From the NCBI GenBank assembly GCA_031835245.2, contig JAVKOQ020000069.1, forward strand, positions 124,001-188,000: a stretch of 64,000 nt of DNA, in the 5' to 3' direction. This document shows positions 21,113 through 33,494 of this stretch, one piece after another. The position numbers and the translations under genes were made by a program. The notes below the pieces were generated by a model. The model did no database searches and was not told the DNA's origin. It saw only the letters and a program-made list of their open reading frames with translations. Within the stretch, counting starts at the first letter, position 1. Each line of letters starts with the position of its first letter. This DNA is from Balamuthia mandrillaris (lineage: Eukaryota).

Positions 21113-21362
21113 GGGGTCGGATTGCGTATTGTTTGTTTTAAATATTGGATTTCCGTTGGAAGAAGAAAGCAAGAGAGACCGGGAAAAAGGTAAACTTTGC
21201 CTTCCAGTCCGCAAAACCGAAAAGAAGAAGAAGAGGACCACGAAAGTACGCTCTTTTTCTTTGCATTTCTTCCTTCGCTTTCTTACGTCCAATTATACAA
21301 TTATCTCGTATTGTATAATTAACCCAATCAAAAATCAAAAAAGTCAATTAATTATAATTTTA

Positions 21363-21448
21363 GTCGACATTTTGTTGTCGACAGGATAATTTCCACTGTC
21401 GACAATAACGAATATTTGCCGACTTGTGACGTGTTTACATTGTCGACA
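21363..21448. promoter_or_regulatory. Cluster of four GTCGAC/TGTCGACA palindromes in a divergent promoter
   Basis: Copies at 21363, 21376, 21397 and 21441, between the divergent ATGs at 21112 and 21511. Confidence 0.55.
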
Positions 21449-21510
21449 TTAAGTCTGACAAAAAAAAAAAGAGAAAAAGAAAAAGAAAAGCAAAAAAAAA
21501 AGAAGAGAAA

Positions 21511-22092
21511 ATGGCGGAACGCAGGAAGACCCCGGACGACCTCGACTCCACCATTGAGGAGCTGGACAAAGGGATCGAACACGGGGAGAGCTCTGGCGGC
21601 CGTAGCGGCAGTGCCCGGAGTTATCAAGATGACGGAGGGGAAGCAGAAGGGGAGCAACAACACAACGAAGAAGAAGAGGAGGAGGAAGACCAGGAGGAAT
21701 CCGATTGGAAAAGGAAGAACTCGTCCTCTTCTCCTTTTTCTTCCCACAGAAGTAAAGAAGAAAGAGAAGAACGACACCAGCCTGCTTCCTCAGCAAGAAC
21801 AAGCGAAACGCTGAGCGAGGAACAGAAGGAAAGAGCTGTTCAGCACATGGAGGACAGTTTCGACTCCAACTGCGCCCTTTTGATTGAGGATATGACCGAC
21901 AAGAGCGAGGCTCAGGAGAAGGAGCTGAGGGAGGTGTTTGAGCAGTTCGGCCGTGTGGTACACTTTCGTTGGTTAACTCCCGCCGAAAACAAAGCCAGCG
22001 ACAGTATGTATTCAATTTTTTGAATCTCCTCTGTTCTTTCTTCTCTCCTCTCTGTCTCTATGCCTCTCGTTTTCTCGTTCGTTCCTCTCGTT

Positions 22093-22127
<35 letters not shown>

Positions 22128-24229
22128 TCTCTGCTCTCTACGCTTTTTAATCCTTGGCCCTTTTTCGGAGCAGAGGTATCAGCAGTCATAAGAATGGCAA
22201 CAAGAGCGCAAGCCATGGAGGCCAAAAATGCTCTTTCGAGCGAAGAAGAGGACAGAAGATGGCGAGTGCGAAGCATGCCCGTTCAATCCCTTCTCTTTGT
22301 GGGAAATCTATCTGAGGACGTCTCTGAGAAAGAGTTTCGTAATCTCGTTAGCAGATATGGCACTGTTTTTCGCTGTTTTGTACGTTGCTCTCTCTCTCTC
22401 TCTCTCTCCCTCTCTCTCCCTCTCTCTCCCTCTCTCTCTTTGTGTAGACATCCACTCATAAACAAAAAACAAAGATAATGATCTCTCCACGAACGGGACA
22501 AAGCAAAGGCTACGGCTATGTGGACTACGACAAACAAGCAGAAGCTAACGTGGCCAAAGCGCGTCTAAACGGTAGCAACTTTCATAACCGCACTCTACGC
22601 GTGGAGTGGTCCACCGCTCGCGATTTGGAAGATATGCATTCTACTGTTCTCTTTGTGGACAAACTGCCGCCTTTCTTCAACGTTTGGTTCCCTTGCTTTC
22701 CCTCCTTTTTTTTCTTTTCTTCTGCTAACTTGCAAAAATAAGGACGAAGATGTGCTGAAACAGATTTTCGAACAATATGGAGAAGTTCGTGCCTTAACAA
22801 TTCCCAACGATCCTATGACCGGAAGGGGCCGTGGCTTTGGTTTTGCATACTTTAAACGATGGCAAGATGCTGAGAAAGGTTTTTTATTCTTCCTCACATT
22901 CAGTCTCTGTTGTCTCTTTGGCTTCTCTTTGCATCCCCACTCTCTCCCTTTCTTTCTCGCTTTCTCTTCCTGATACATATTTACGGTTATGAAATTTACA
23001 ATACAGCACGAGAGGGTTTGAACAACACCCCTTTTCGTAACTCAGAAATCCGTGTCAGCTATGCTGATCCTGCTAAAGCAGTTGTGCGTTCTCTCTCTCT
23101 CTCTCTCTCTCACTCCTTTTCTAGAATGTTTTCTCTAGTCGAGAACTTCTATTTACTAACTCATCATAACAGATTCCCAACTCTCTATTTGGACCACCGC
23201 GTATGGCCCAAGTTGGAGCATATCCTCCGGTTGGTCGTGGATTTAGAGGCAGGGGCTTTGCTCCTGCTATCTTTCCTCACCGCATGATGTATGGAACAAG
23301 GGTGTGTATCTTTTTTCTCTTCTCGCTTTCTCTTCTCCTAGTTTTTTTAACTAACAAGTTCTTGCCTTTTAAAGTTCAGAGGAAGAGGTAGAGGCAGAGG
23401 AAGAGGCAGAGGAAGAGGAGGACCATCAATGATGGGAGCAGACATTCCTTTTGACGGTTCACCTTATGACTACCATGACTATGGCACTTCTGCCGCCGAT
23501 TACGATCCGCGCTTGTCTTTTGGCGCCAGCAGCAACAGCTACGAAGATTATTATAGCAACGCGCCTCCTCCGCCTCCTTCATCGCGTGATGCTTACGACC
23601 GACCACCTTATCATTCCCAACACTCATCTACCTATTCCTCTTCGTACCAAGACAGAGGTGCTTACCCGTCTTCATCTTCTTCCGACTGGACGTTGCCAAA
23701 TGCTGCGACATCATCGCCCTACGCAGCTGGTTATGATAGAGGAGAGGCTGATAATGGCTATCACTACAGTTATGCCTATCGCGATGTGGCACCATCCTCA
23801 TCTCAAGCCAGGGTTTGTCTGCAGTACTCTTTTTTCTAATTTTTTTTCCTTCTTTATTAACTTTTTTGTTCAAAGAGCTCTTCTTCGTATCATAGCGCAG
23901 CAGACTATCAACCAACCCCTGCTTATGGCCATGCTTCCTCCACAAATTACGCTGTCGTACCTACTGTCGAGATATCTGCTGCTTCATCTTACACACCACC
24001 AGCTTATGCCCCACAACAATCCTCATCATCCTCAGTTCCTTACTTGTCATACTCTCCTTCAGCTGATACCTATGGTGGACAAAAAAGAACTTATGCCACT
24101 CAACAACAACAACAACAATATCAATATCCTCAACAACAGCAACAGTTGGCTCCGCATGCTGATTATTACTACTATCAGAATAGCACCAATCCAAATGTTT
24201 TGGATGCCACTAAGCGGCCTCGTTATTGA
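21511..24229 (+). CDS. Three-RRM RNA-binding protein, Raver-like, with RGG and Y/S/P-rich tail
   Basis: LLFVGNLS..., SPRTGQSKGYGYVDY, MHSTVLFVDKLPPFFN, GRGRGFGFAYF; ends in TKRPRY*. Confidence 0.8.
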
Positions 24230-24650
24230 TATGCTGAGGTATGGTATGTATTTCATTTTCATTTTCATTTTCTATTCTTTTTTCGTTTGTTATTGGAAGG
24301 AACTGAAAGAGAGATGCTTCCTTTGTAAGCTTTTTCAAGATAGATGATAGATTGAGGAGAGATCAGAAAGAAAGAGGGGAGAGGAGAGCAGAACCAAAGA
24401 AACATAACAATTTAAGTGGAACAAGAACAAAAAAGAGAAACAGACCTTCAACCTAATGGAATAAAGAACAAGACCAGAACTTGAACGAGAACAAAGCAGC
24501 ACCCAGAAGATGTATAAAAAGTACAACAAGAACAAGCAAAAGAATAGTATTTAGGAAAAAACAAGCAAACCTTACTTTACTTATTTTATCGTTCTAACTT
24601 TGTTCTCTTTCAAAACTTATTTTTGAAGTTTGTGTTTATCCTTGCTTTCA

Positions 24651-26003
24651 CTATTCTTCAGATTCCGACCGCTCTCCTTCTTCATCCACATCCTCATCCT
24701 CATCTTCCTCATCTCCCTCATCTTCCTCATCTTCATCCTCGTCATCTTCTTCATCCTCCTCATCGTCATCATCGTTACCTTCCATTTCTTCTTCCAATCG
24801 CCGAATCTCTTCTTCTAATTTTGCAGTCTCTGCATCGACCAACTCAATCTCCTCTTGACTCTCTCGCAAGAACCTGGCAGTCAGACGATCTGCCGACTCT
24901 TCCTCCTCCTCTTGCTTTGGCCACATGAAGCTCTTGCTTCTGCCCAAGCGCAACGCGTTCTCCACCATATTCCGTTTTGCATCGAAGGTGGAGACCGTTC
25001 TCACAAGAGGCTTTCCTCCTTGTCTTCCTCCTTCGCCTCCACCTCCTCCTCCTCTGGCGAAGAATGGGTTTGTCTTGCGGCTCTTTGACGAGACGGCGTT
25101 GACTTCTTGTTGTGCTTTGTTTGGTCTGTCCGGGGTGGTGGTTGCCGTGGTATCGTCTTCTATGGATACCATGGTCTGAATTCTCTTCTCCTCCTCCTGC
25201 TTTCTTTCTTCCTCTTTTCGTTCTCTTTCCTCTGTCTCCTTCCGCGTTTTCTCCACTTCCTCTTCTTCTATTCTTCGCCTTCTTTCCTCTGCTTCAAGCT
25301 GTTTCTTTTCTTCCTCTTCCTGTTTCTTTCTTTCTTCCTCCAGGCGCATATTTTCCTCCGTCTCCTTTCGCTTTCTTTCCTCTACTAGTTTTCTTTCTTC
25401 TTCTAGCTTTCGCTTTTGCTCCTCCTCTTCAAGGCGTATCCTTTTTTCCTCCTGCTTTCGCTTTCTTTCCTCTTCTGCTTTGTGATTTCTTTCTTCTTCT
25501 TCTAGATTTCGCTTTCGCTCCTCTTCCAACTCTTTTCGTTTCCTTTCCTCTTCCTCCACTCGCTTTCTTTCTTCTACCTTTCGTTGTTCTTCCTCTTTTT
25601 GTTTTCTTTCCTCTTTCTCTTTTCGCTTTCGTTTGCGTTCTTCATCCTCTTTGCGTTTTCTTTCTTCGTCTTCAAGGCGATTCTTTTTGTCTTCCTCCTC
25701 TATTTGTTTACTTTGCTCCTCCTCTTCTCTCTGCGATATTGCTGCGCCTACTTCTTCTCCTGCTATATTTGTTCCTTCTTTTTCATTTTCATTTTCCTTG
25801 TTTTTACTTTGCTGTAGAGAAGATGATACGAATGAGTCTGCTTCCGCTCCTTCGAAACCATCTTCTTTGACTTCATCTTGTGCTGTTCGTATTCGTTCTA
25901 TTTTCACAACAAACAAGTTAACAATAAACAGGACAAAGAAAGACAGGCGCATACCAGAGCCGACCAAGGCACCAGATGCTGGCGTCGAGACACTACAACC
26001 CAT
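24651..26003 (-). CDS. N-acylated (MGC) charged helical protein with acidic tail
   Basis: MGCSVS start, one short intron, a long E/K/R-rich segment and a D/E tail. Confidence 0.7.
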   Translation of the reverse strand: MGCSVSTPASGALVGSGMRLSFFVLFIVNLFVVKIERIRTAQDEVKEDGFEGAEADSFVSSSLQQSKNKENENEKEGTNIAGEEVGAAISQREEEEQSKQIEEEDKKNRLEDEERKRKEDEERKRKRKEKEERKQKEEEQRKVEERKRVEEEERKRKELEEERKRNLEEEERNHKAEEERKRKQEEKRIRLEEEEQKRKLEEERKLVEERKRKETEENMRLEEERKKQEEEEKKQLEAEERRRRIEEEEVEKTRKETEERERKEEERKQEEEKRIQTMVSIEDDTTATTTPDRPNKAQQEVNAVSSKSRKTNPFFARGGGGGGEGGRQGGKPLVRTVSTFDAKRNMVENALRLGRSKSFMWPKQEEEEESADRLTARFLRESQEEIELVDAETAKLEEEIRRLEEEMEGNDDDDEEDEEDDEDEDEEDEGDEEDEDEDVDEEGERSESEE

Positions 26004-26363
26004 TCCTTGCAAGAACAGTTCTTTGGATCGATTTCAACAAACGAATGCTATGTTTAAAAAAAAGTTAGCTCTGGGTGGATCGAGCAGAATAATATCAGCA
26101 ACGGTCAAACGGACGTGGCGGTGGACTGCTGTTTTGGTCAAGCTTTTCCCTTAGTTTTGTTCGGTTATGATTTAAAGACTTTGAAAAATCCTCTAAAAAG
26201 GTAAGTTATCGAAACGACACGTTTCTACCCCTCAGACATTAATAAACAAAAGAATGTTTGGAATTTAAAAAAAATCGCTGACGTGGCACAAGACCAACTC
26301 TTCTCGTTTTGAGGACAACCAAACCAACCGGAAAAGAAAGAAACGAAAAGCAAACACAAAAAA

Positions 26364-27788
26364 ATGGGGGATCGACTGCCGACCACCCAGATGCTCACTT
26401 CATGCCTCTTTTCTGAGACTTTGGTGTTCCCCTTCGAGTCTGCCGCCACACTCTCCATGCTCCCTGCCGCCGATCCCCACCGCGAGCCGGCGTCCCTCTT
26501 GTCCCTGCTCTCCCCCGAACGGTTTCATGGCTACGTGCCTTTCGTCTTTGGCAGCGTCTTCTCCAAAGTCTTCGTGAAGCTTCAGTCGGACCACTTTCTT
26601 CGCAACTACTTTCGTCGCCGTGCCGCTGCGGCTGCTGCCGACACTAACCCCGATGTCGACAATAATTCCAACCTGGACAATGAAAGAAGAGGAGAAGAAG
26701 ATCAGGAAGAACAAGCAGAAGAAGAAGAAGAAGAAGAACGACAAAGAAGAGCGGCTGAACGGTACTATGAAGTGGGAGAAGACGGAGAGGAGTGGTACTA
26801 TGACGATGAGGAAGAGAACGACGCTTGGGCAGAGGAGGACGAGTTGGACACAAAGTATTACGGCCTATTTGGCACCTTGTGCAAGGAGCTGTTCATTGGT
26901 GGCGTGAACGGAACTCTCGGTGGACTCGTCACTGCCCCGTTCAGTGTGCTATATCTTCGGTGTCGTGTGTGGGGAACTTCTGAGGGCCTGTTCAATCCTG
27001 CAAATTGGAGAAACGTTCGCAACGGAGGTTTTGTGTTTTTTGTGTTGATGTCTTCTCTCTTTCTCTAGTTTCCTCGCTTTGTTCTTTGTTTCTCTCCTTC
27101 TCCCTTTCTTCTCTGATGGTTCTCCGTTTTTGACTCTTCTTTTATTTTAATTTTATGGCAGAGGGAGGATGGAAAGGAGTAATATCATGCTTGACAGGTG
27201 GAATGATGGCCCACATGCTTTGGAGCGCTTGCTTTGGTGGCTTGTTTGCTGGTATTTATAGAACTTTGGGACAAATGCACTACTTCCGCAGTCGGTTATT
27301 CTATCGTGTTCTTTTACTTGGCGCCATTTCGGGTATGTTACTCCTTGTTTGTTCTTCTTTTCTCTTAGCGCCGCTTATTCTCAGTTGCCTGCTTTTCTTT
27401 CTGACTCTCTCGCTCACTCGCGATTTTGATCCTCTTCTCCTTTCCTTTTATTCTTCTTATTTTGTCTTTCAACAACTCACTTGAAATACCAAATACAGGA
27501 ATAACGGTGACAGCACTATGTTCTCCATTAGACGTGGCTCGTCTTCGACTCCAACTGCAAGCTCAACCAATGGCCCAAGAATGGATACGTGCTGGTCTTC
27601 TCGACTCCACCAACAACTTGAAGGGCTGTCTTCGTTGGCTGGTCGAACATGAAGGATGGCAATCGCTCTTTCCGGCGTTGGGCAGGAGAGTCATCGTCAA
27701 TCCTATTCGTTTCATGACGACGCTGCTGGTGGTGGAGATGTGGCCATTGATGGAAAGCTTCGTCAACAACTGGTACCATACTTCCTAA
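26364..27788 (+). CDS. Divergent mitochondrial carrier-family protein (SLC25A46/Ugo1-like)
   Basis: LVTAPFSVLYLRCRV, LCSPLDVARLRLQLQ and LVEHEGWQSLF carrier signatures; 3 exons. Confidence 0.6.
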
Positions 27789-27928
27789 CCGTTGAGGGAG
27801 AATGAGAAAGGGCGAGAGAGAGAGAGAGAGAAAAGAAAAATGATTAATAATTGAAAAATATTGAGAAATATTGTTAATATTTGAAAAATTCACAAATAAA
27901 CAAGAAAAATTTAGCCAAATTTCGATTA

Positions 27929-29536
27929 TTAATAGAAAAAGGAAGAAAGAGTGGCGGCAGAGGAGCCGCTCTCTCCGCCGTCTTCACCGTCGTCGCTGCT
28001 GCCGCTGCCGTCTTCTTCGTGGTCGTCGTCGTCGTAGACATCACGGTCCTCGGGGTCCCTCACCTCGCCGCTGCCGTCCAAATAGCTTTGATACTTGCCC
28101 CACGCGAGGTCAGCCGCCTGGTCGCAGATCTCAAAGGCAGCGTCCACCGAAGGGCGAAAGTGCACCCCGCCGTTCACCCTGCTCTGCCCGCACTCCTGGA
28201 GGTAGTCCTCCAGGGTGCTCCAGCTGTGAACGATGTCCTCCTGCGGGGTCACGCCGGGCTCGACGTTGGAGCTGCCCGCCGGGAAGGCGACGGTGTAGTT
28301 GAAGTTTTGGGCTCGCTCCTCTCCGAACAGACGGGTCAGAGCGCCGACGAAGGCGGAGCAGAAGCAGCTGGAGCCGGAGGGAAACTCGGAGTGCTGCATG
28401 GTCTTCAGGTAGGACCTCCATTCGCGGCCTTTCAGGGAGACGGTGCCGCGGCCGGGTCCGCCCCAGCCCTCTATCTCTTCGTCCTCGTGGAGGAAGCGGA
28501 TGGCTGAGACGGGGCGAACGGCGTCGAAGCGAAGCTTCTCTCTCCAGGCAAGAATGGCGGCGTTCCAAAGGGCCTGGTTCAGGTAGAAGTCGCCTTGGAT
28601 GAACTCGGACAGGTCAAAGCTGTCCTCCCGCGCAAAGTGGACGAAGGGGAAGGCCAAGGACATGACCTTGCTCTCAAAGTACTCCGCCAGGACCTTCTGC
28701 CGGTCCGTCAGGGAGGAGACCCTGTCGATGACCTCCTCGGCCTGGGCGCGGTACTGCTCTTCATCCTGGGCGAAAGAAACCGGGGAGAGGGTCGTTCCTT
28801 GGAGCTCTTGGGCGGCTGAGGAGAAGCCAAAGCCAGCGGCATAGCGGATGTGCGGCACGATGTGGGATTGCACGAACCAGACGTGGAGGGAGTCCTGCGT
28901 CATGAGCGGCTGCCAACGATCCGGGTTGTTGAGGCGGTCAAACGTGTTGACGGGATGGTAGGCGGTGTAGTCCAGGTAGGCCCTCTGATGGTGTTGGAAG
29001 CCCCTTTGCAGGTGGCGGCTGCCGAGCACGTCTCCCAGCTGGTTCATGCCATCTCGGTGCATGAAGTCGATGATGTCCTCTGCCACGCTGGTTCCAACCC
29101 ATCGAGGGGTATCCTCCTCCACGCTGCCATTCAAAGGAAAGCCCAGGTCGGCCATGAGCTCCGTGAGGGCGGGCTCGGTCGAGGGGAGTAGATCCAGGAC
29201 GACAAAGTAGGTGGCATAGCTGAGGGCTTGTTCGATGTTGGAATCGTTTCTCTCCGAAGCGGGTTGGCGATAGGCCGCCCCGGAGATGGAGCCCAGAGCG
29301 GTGCTTTGGTACTGCGCCCAGCTGTCGAACCATGCGGTGGTGACGTAGGCGGTGGTGCGCAGCAGGTAAGGCGGTTCCAGCGTGACGAGCGTGGGGACGA
29401 TGGCATTGATCCAGGAGAAGAGCACCGGGACGTTGTTCTGGAGGTAGAGGATGTCCGCCAGAGGTTGGCTGGAGGAGAGCGGGAGGACTGCCGAGAAAGC
29501 GAAGAGGAGGAGCCAAAGGCTCAGGTGTTTGTTCAT
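27929..29536 (-). CDS. Secreted vanadium haloperoxidase-like / PAP2-superfamily protein, intronless
   Basis: Signal peptide, WREKLRFDAVRP, EFPSGSS and QSRVNGGVHF; GC-rich codons. Confidence 0.8.
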   Translation of the reverse strand: MNKHLSLWLLLFAFSAVLPLSSSQPLADILYLQNNVPVLFSWINAIVPTLVTLEPPYLLRTTAYVTTAWFDSWAQYQSTALGSISGAAYRQPASERNDSNIEQALSYATYFVVLDLLPSTEPALTELMADLGFPLNGSVEEDTPRWVGTSVAEDIIDFMHRDGMNQLGDVLGSRHLQRGFQHHQRAYLDYTAYHPVNTFDRLNNPDRWQPLMTQDSLHVWFVQSHIVPHIRYAAGFGFSSAAQELQGTTLSPVSFAQDEEQYRAQAEEVIDRVSSLTDRQKVLAEYFESKVMSLAFPFVHFAREDSFDLSEFIQGDFYLNQALWNAAILAWREKLRFDAVRPVSAIRFLHEDEEIEGWGGPGRGTVSLKGREWRSYLKTMQHSEFPSGSSCFCSAFVGALTRLFGEERAQNFNYTVAFPAGSSNVEPGVTPQEDIVHSWSTLEDYLQECGQSRVNGGVHFRPSVDAAFEICDQAADLAWGKYQSYLDGSGEVRDPEDRDVYDDDDHEEDGSGSSDDGEDGGESGSSAATLSSFFY

Positions 29537-29904
29537 TGTTGCTGTTGTTTGCTTGTTTGCTTGTTTGCTTGCGAGTTGAGAGTTTATGCTTGGCCATCGC
29601 CCTTTATTTATTGGATCGTTTGTCATTTAGGTGAAGAGGCAGAATGAAGAAGAAGCAAGTATTGGTGTTCATTTCACAGCGCAGCATTATTGTGATCCTT
29701 TGCCTTTTTCGCCCAGGTTTTCTGTGGCAAACATAAGGTGCCATCCCCCCCCCCCCCAGCTTCACTCGTATGTCCTTCACTCATCTTGTTCCATGAAGAG
29801 GATTCTTCTTTCCTTTTCCACCAACGACCATCTATGACTGTCAGCTGGTTTGGCCAATGGCAAGGTGCACTTGTTGCAGATTCTTCATCTCTCTTGTTCT
29901 GTAG

Positions 29905-30145
29905 TTTGTTTTATTTTTCCTTTTTCCTTTTATTTTTCATTTTTCATTTTTTATTTGTTTTATTATTCATTATTTATTTTTATTTTTTATTTTTTATTTT
30001 TTAATATTTATTTTTATTTTTATTGTTTATTGTTTATTTTTATTGTTTATTGTTTATTTTCTATTTTCTATTTTTTTACTTTTATTTTTATTTTCTAATA
30101 TTTATTTGTTTAGCTTTTTTCGTTTTTTTATTTATTTTTTTTTAA
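29905..30145. repeat. AT-rich (TTTTTA/TTTA)n low-complexity intergenic tract
   Basis: Directly visible. Confidence 0.9.
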
Positions 30146-30456
30146 AATAAATGTATTGCAATGCACAAGGAGAAGGAGGGAGGCTCCAATAGAATGGGTT
30201 GAAAGGCCTACTCTCCAGTGTCTGTCCTTTCTTTCACGCTCGCAGCCCACAGCAGAAGCGTCCAGGAGATACGAATGAAGCGTTGCTTGCTTGTTGCTGC
30301 CGAACAGGCCTGAAAGAACACGAAGAACGAAGAACGAGAAACGAAAACTCAGCGGAAGGGTTGCACCAGAGAGAGAGACAAACCGGTCGACAGAAAAAGC
30401 AGCATTACAGCGCATTAACCAATATAGAAACGGAAAAAAAGAAAAAACAAGAGAGG

Positions 30457-31909
30457 ATGTGGCCTTCTCAACAGAGACAACCTCCTCTCCCACCCCTCCC
30501 ACCGCATAACGCACAGGCGCCCTCCCTTCCTCCTCTTCCTCCTCTCCCGCAACCACCGGCCGCAACAACAACAACCGCCTCTTCATTACCGCCACCTCGA
30601 ACTGCTCATGCGGCTGTAGCAGGAGGTACTTGCTCCTGGCCGCATGGCGGCGCTGGGGCTGTGGCTGCTGCTCCTCCGCCGCCGTTGCCTGCAGCCCCGC
30701 ACAGAAGCTCTTACGTTGACCCTGCTTCCTGCCATAACGCGCCGCTCCCTCCGCTCCCACCTCCTCCAACCTCTGCACAAAGAACAATAGAGACGCCTCC
30801 TGCTTTACCTCCTCTTCCTGCTTTTCCTACTACTCCTTCTTCGCCTTTTTCTCCTTCTCCTTCTCCTTCTGCTGCACTTCCGTTCTCTCCGTCTCAGCCA
30901 GAACGACCGCCACCACCACAAGCAGCGTTCTTATCCAATAACCACAGCAGCGATAACGACCAAGGTGCAGCGCAGAGACAACCATCGCCAGCTCACCACC
31001 AAACGCACCATCAAGGACCACCTGTCGTCCCTCCACCGCCTGTTCATTACCAACCTTCCCTTTCTTCTCCAGCGCTTCTTGCTCTTCCACGTTCTTCTCC
31101 TTCTCTTCCTCTTTCTTCTCCTTCTCTTTCTTTTTCCTCTTCTTCCTCTTCCTCCTCCTCCTCCTCCTCCTCCTCTTCTTCTTCCTCTTTCTCTTCTGCT
31201 TCTTCTTCTCAACACAAAACCGTTCGTTGGCCTCCTTTGCAACAACAACAACAACCACTGGAACAACAGCATCCGACCGCTCCTTTGCACGGCGGTCCTT
31301 CGCCTTACCCTTCTGCACCTGACCTGAGCGTTTCTCTGCAGCCCGCTCAGCGGGCTCGTTCACATTCGCAGCTTCAACACCAGCTGCAACAACAACAGCA
31401 GCAACAGCCTCAACCCCAACAAAGGCCTCGCTCGCTTTCTTCTGAACAACAACAACAACAACAACAACAACGTGCTTCTGTAAAGCAACAACAAACACCA
31501 AAATACGAAGCAGATGCGTTAAACGACAAAGCTAAAGAAAAACTAGAAGATGGAGACGACGGCTCTCTGTATCATTCTCGCAAGTTGGTGTTGGCATTAT
31601 GTGACTTTCAAGCGGAGGACGAGGTGGAGCTCTCCTTCGCTCAGGGCGATCTGTTCTATCAGGTCGGCGAGGCAGAAGAAGGATGGGCCAAAGGAGAGAA
31701 GAATGGCCGTTTGGGATGGTTCCCTGTTGCCTTTGTGGAGCCGTCCTTCACAGAGGAGGCGGAGAACGACATTGGACAGGCTCCCCCGGTGCCGTTGAGC
31801 AGAGAGGAGTACAACGTGCGACAGAAGGACCTCAACAAGAGAGAAGTCAGACAGAGCTTGATGCTCTCGAAGCCTTTGATCACCGTCAATCGTATCATCA
31901 CTCACTTTC

Positions 31910-31951
<42 letters not shown>

Positions 31952-32860
31952 CTCGTTTGCTCGCATTCACTTACTCATCTTTCTCATCTCACCACATAAC
32001 AGTAAACGGAGAGGTAGAGATGCCAAGGTTCCGAGGCAACTGGAATCCATCTATCAAAGACCCAAAACCGCATTCCTTCTTGCCTCCCTGCATCCTAGCC
32101 AAACCTGCTCCTCCCACTTCTCTTCATCCAACTCATCATCAAAGACATCCTCCTCCTCAACAACAAGTTCAACGACAAGTCCAACCACCTATTTCTTCAT
32201 CTCCTCCTCCTCCTCTTCCTGTAATGCAACAACCTCCACAACAACAAACTGAACAAGAAGAAGAGAAGAAAGAGGTTATAGTAGAAACAAGAAGGTATAG
32301 CTTCGACTGGTCTCGTATTCGTTTTTGGATAGAAGATAAGGACTCGAGGGTGAGTTCTTCGGGCAACGCATACGATATGTTTCAAGTGGAAGTGGAGTGG
32401 CACGAGTATCGTTGGACGGTCTTTCGTCGCTTCTCTCAATTTTACGCTTTCAACGTCTGGACGCAACGTTACGCCAAGATAGTCTTGCCCCATCCGCTGC
32501 CCCGCAATCGAACGTTCAGCAAGATGAAGAAGTCGGGCAAGCGATTGGAAGGGATGAAGAAATACGTGGAAGGGATCAACCAGTGCTTGGAGTCTTACTT
32601 TGATGACGAGGTACCTTCGCTTTGCTCTTATTCCTCCAAAAAAGGCGTTTGCTCGCTTTTCCATTCATCCCTTTTCGCGTTGTTCTTCTTCTTGTTCTCC
32701 TTCTCCTCCTTCTCGTCCTGCTTTTCCACTTCAAGCTTAACTCTCGCTGCAACAGATTGGCGCTGCGATGATCTTTCGGTTCTTCTCTCCTTCGCAAATG
32801 GGCGATAAAGCCGACCCACAAGGCCTTCCTTTCGAGCTCCCAGACTTACGCATCCACTGA
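30457..32860 (+). CDS. Proline-rich SH3 + PX domain protein
   Basis: SH3: ALCDFQAEDEVELSFAQGD...GWAKGEKNGRLGWFPVAFVE. PX: WTVFRRFSQFYAF...LPHPLP. Last exon read to TGA at 32860. Confidence 0.8.
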
Positions 32861-33494
32861 GGCACAAACACTTTAAAAAAAAACATTTATAAAGACGTTT
32901 TGGTTTGTCTCTTCCTTGTGTCTTCCCCTTTCGGCCAAAACAGTTTTCTCGTGGCGTGAACCGAACAAAAATGCTCTTTTGGCAGAACGTTCTTCTCAGT
33001 CATCAGGAAAAAAAAAAAAAAAACATCTTCAGCAATCCATCCAAGCTTGTTAGCTGGGAATTGTGGCCTGCTGGAGAAGCTTTTTGTGGAGTCCTCTTTC
33101 TGCTCTTCCTCCCAAAAAAAAACAAAAAGGGGGTTGGTTAGGCACTTCTCCCCAAAGGAGCGTATTGAAATTCGGAGGAGTTTCTGTAACGGCATTATTC
33201 ATGTTTTTTGTTGTTTTATTAATAAAATCTTCTTTGTTGAAGTTTATTCTATTTAGGTTAGTTTTTGAGGGCATGCTCTCCTCCACTTTTCCTCTGTTGT
33301 TTCCGGGTGTTTGACAAAGGAAATCCCAAAAAAAAAAAAAAAAACATCAACACGAAGAAACAAACACAAACAAACCAGCACTGAAACAGCCCGACAGAGT
33401 GCCTACCACCCGATTGCACATACGTGGTGTCGGTGTTGTAACACTCACGTAACCCCGCAGTTGCTTGTTCGTGTTTTCCATTCACAGGGCAACA

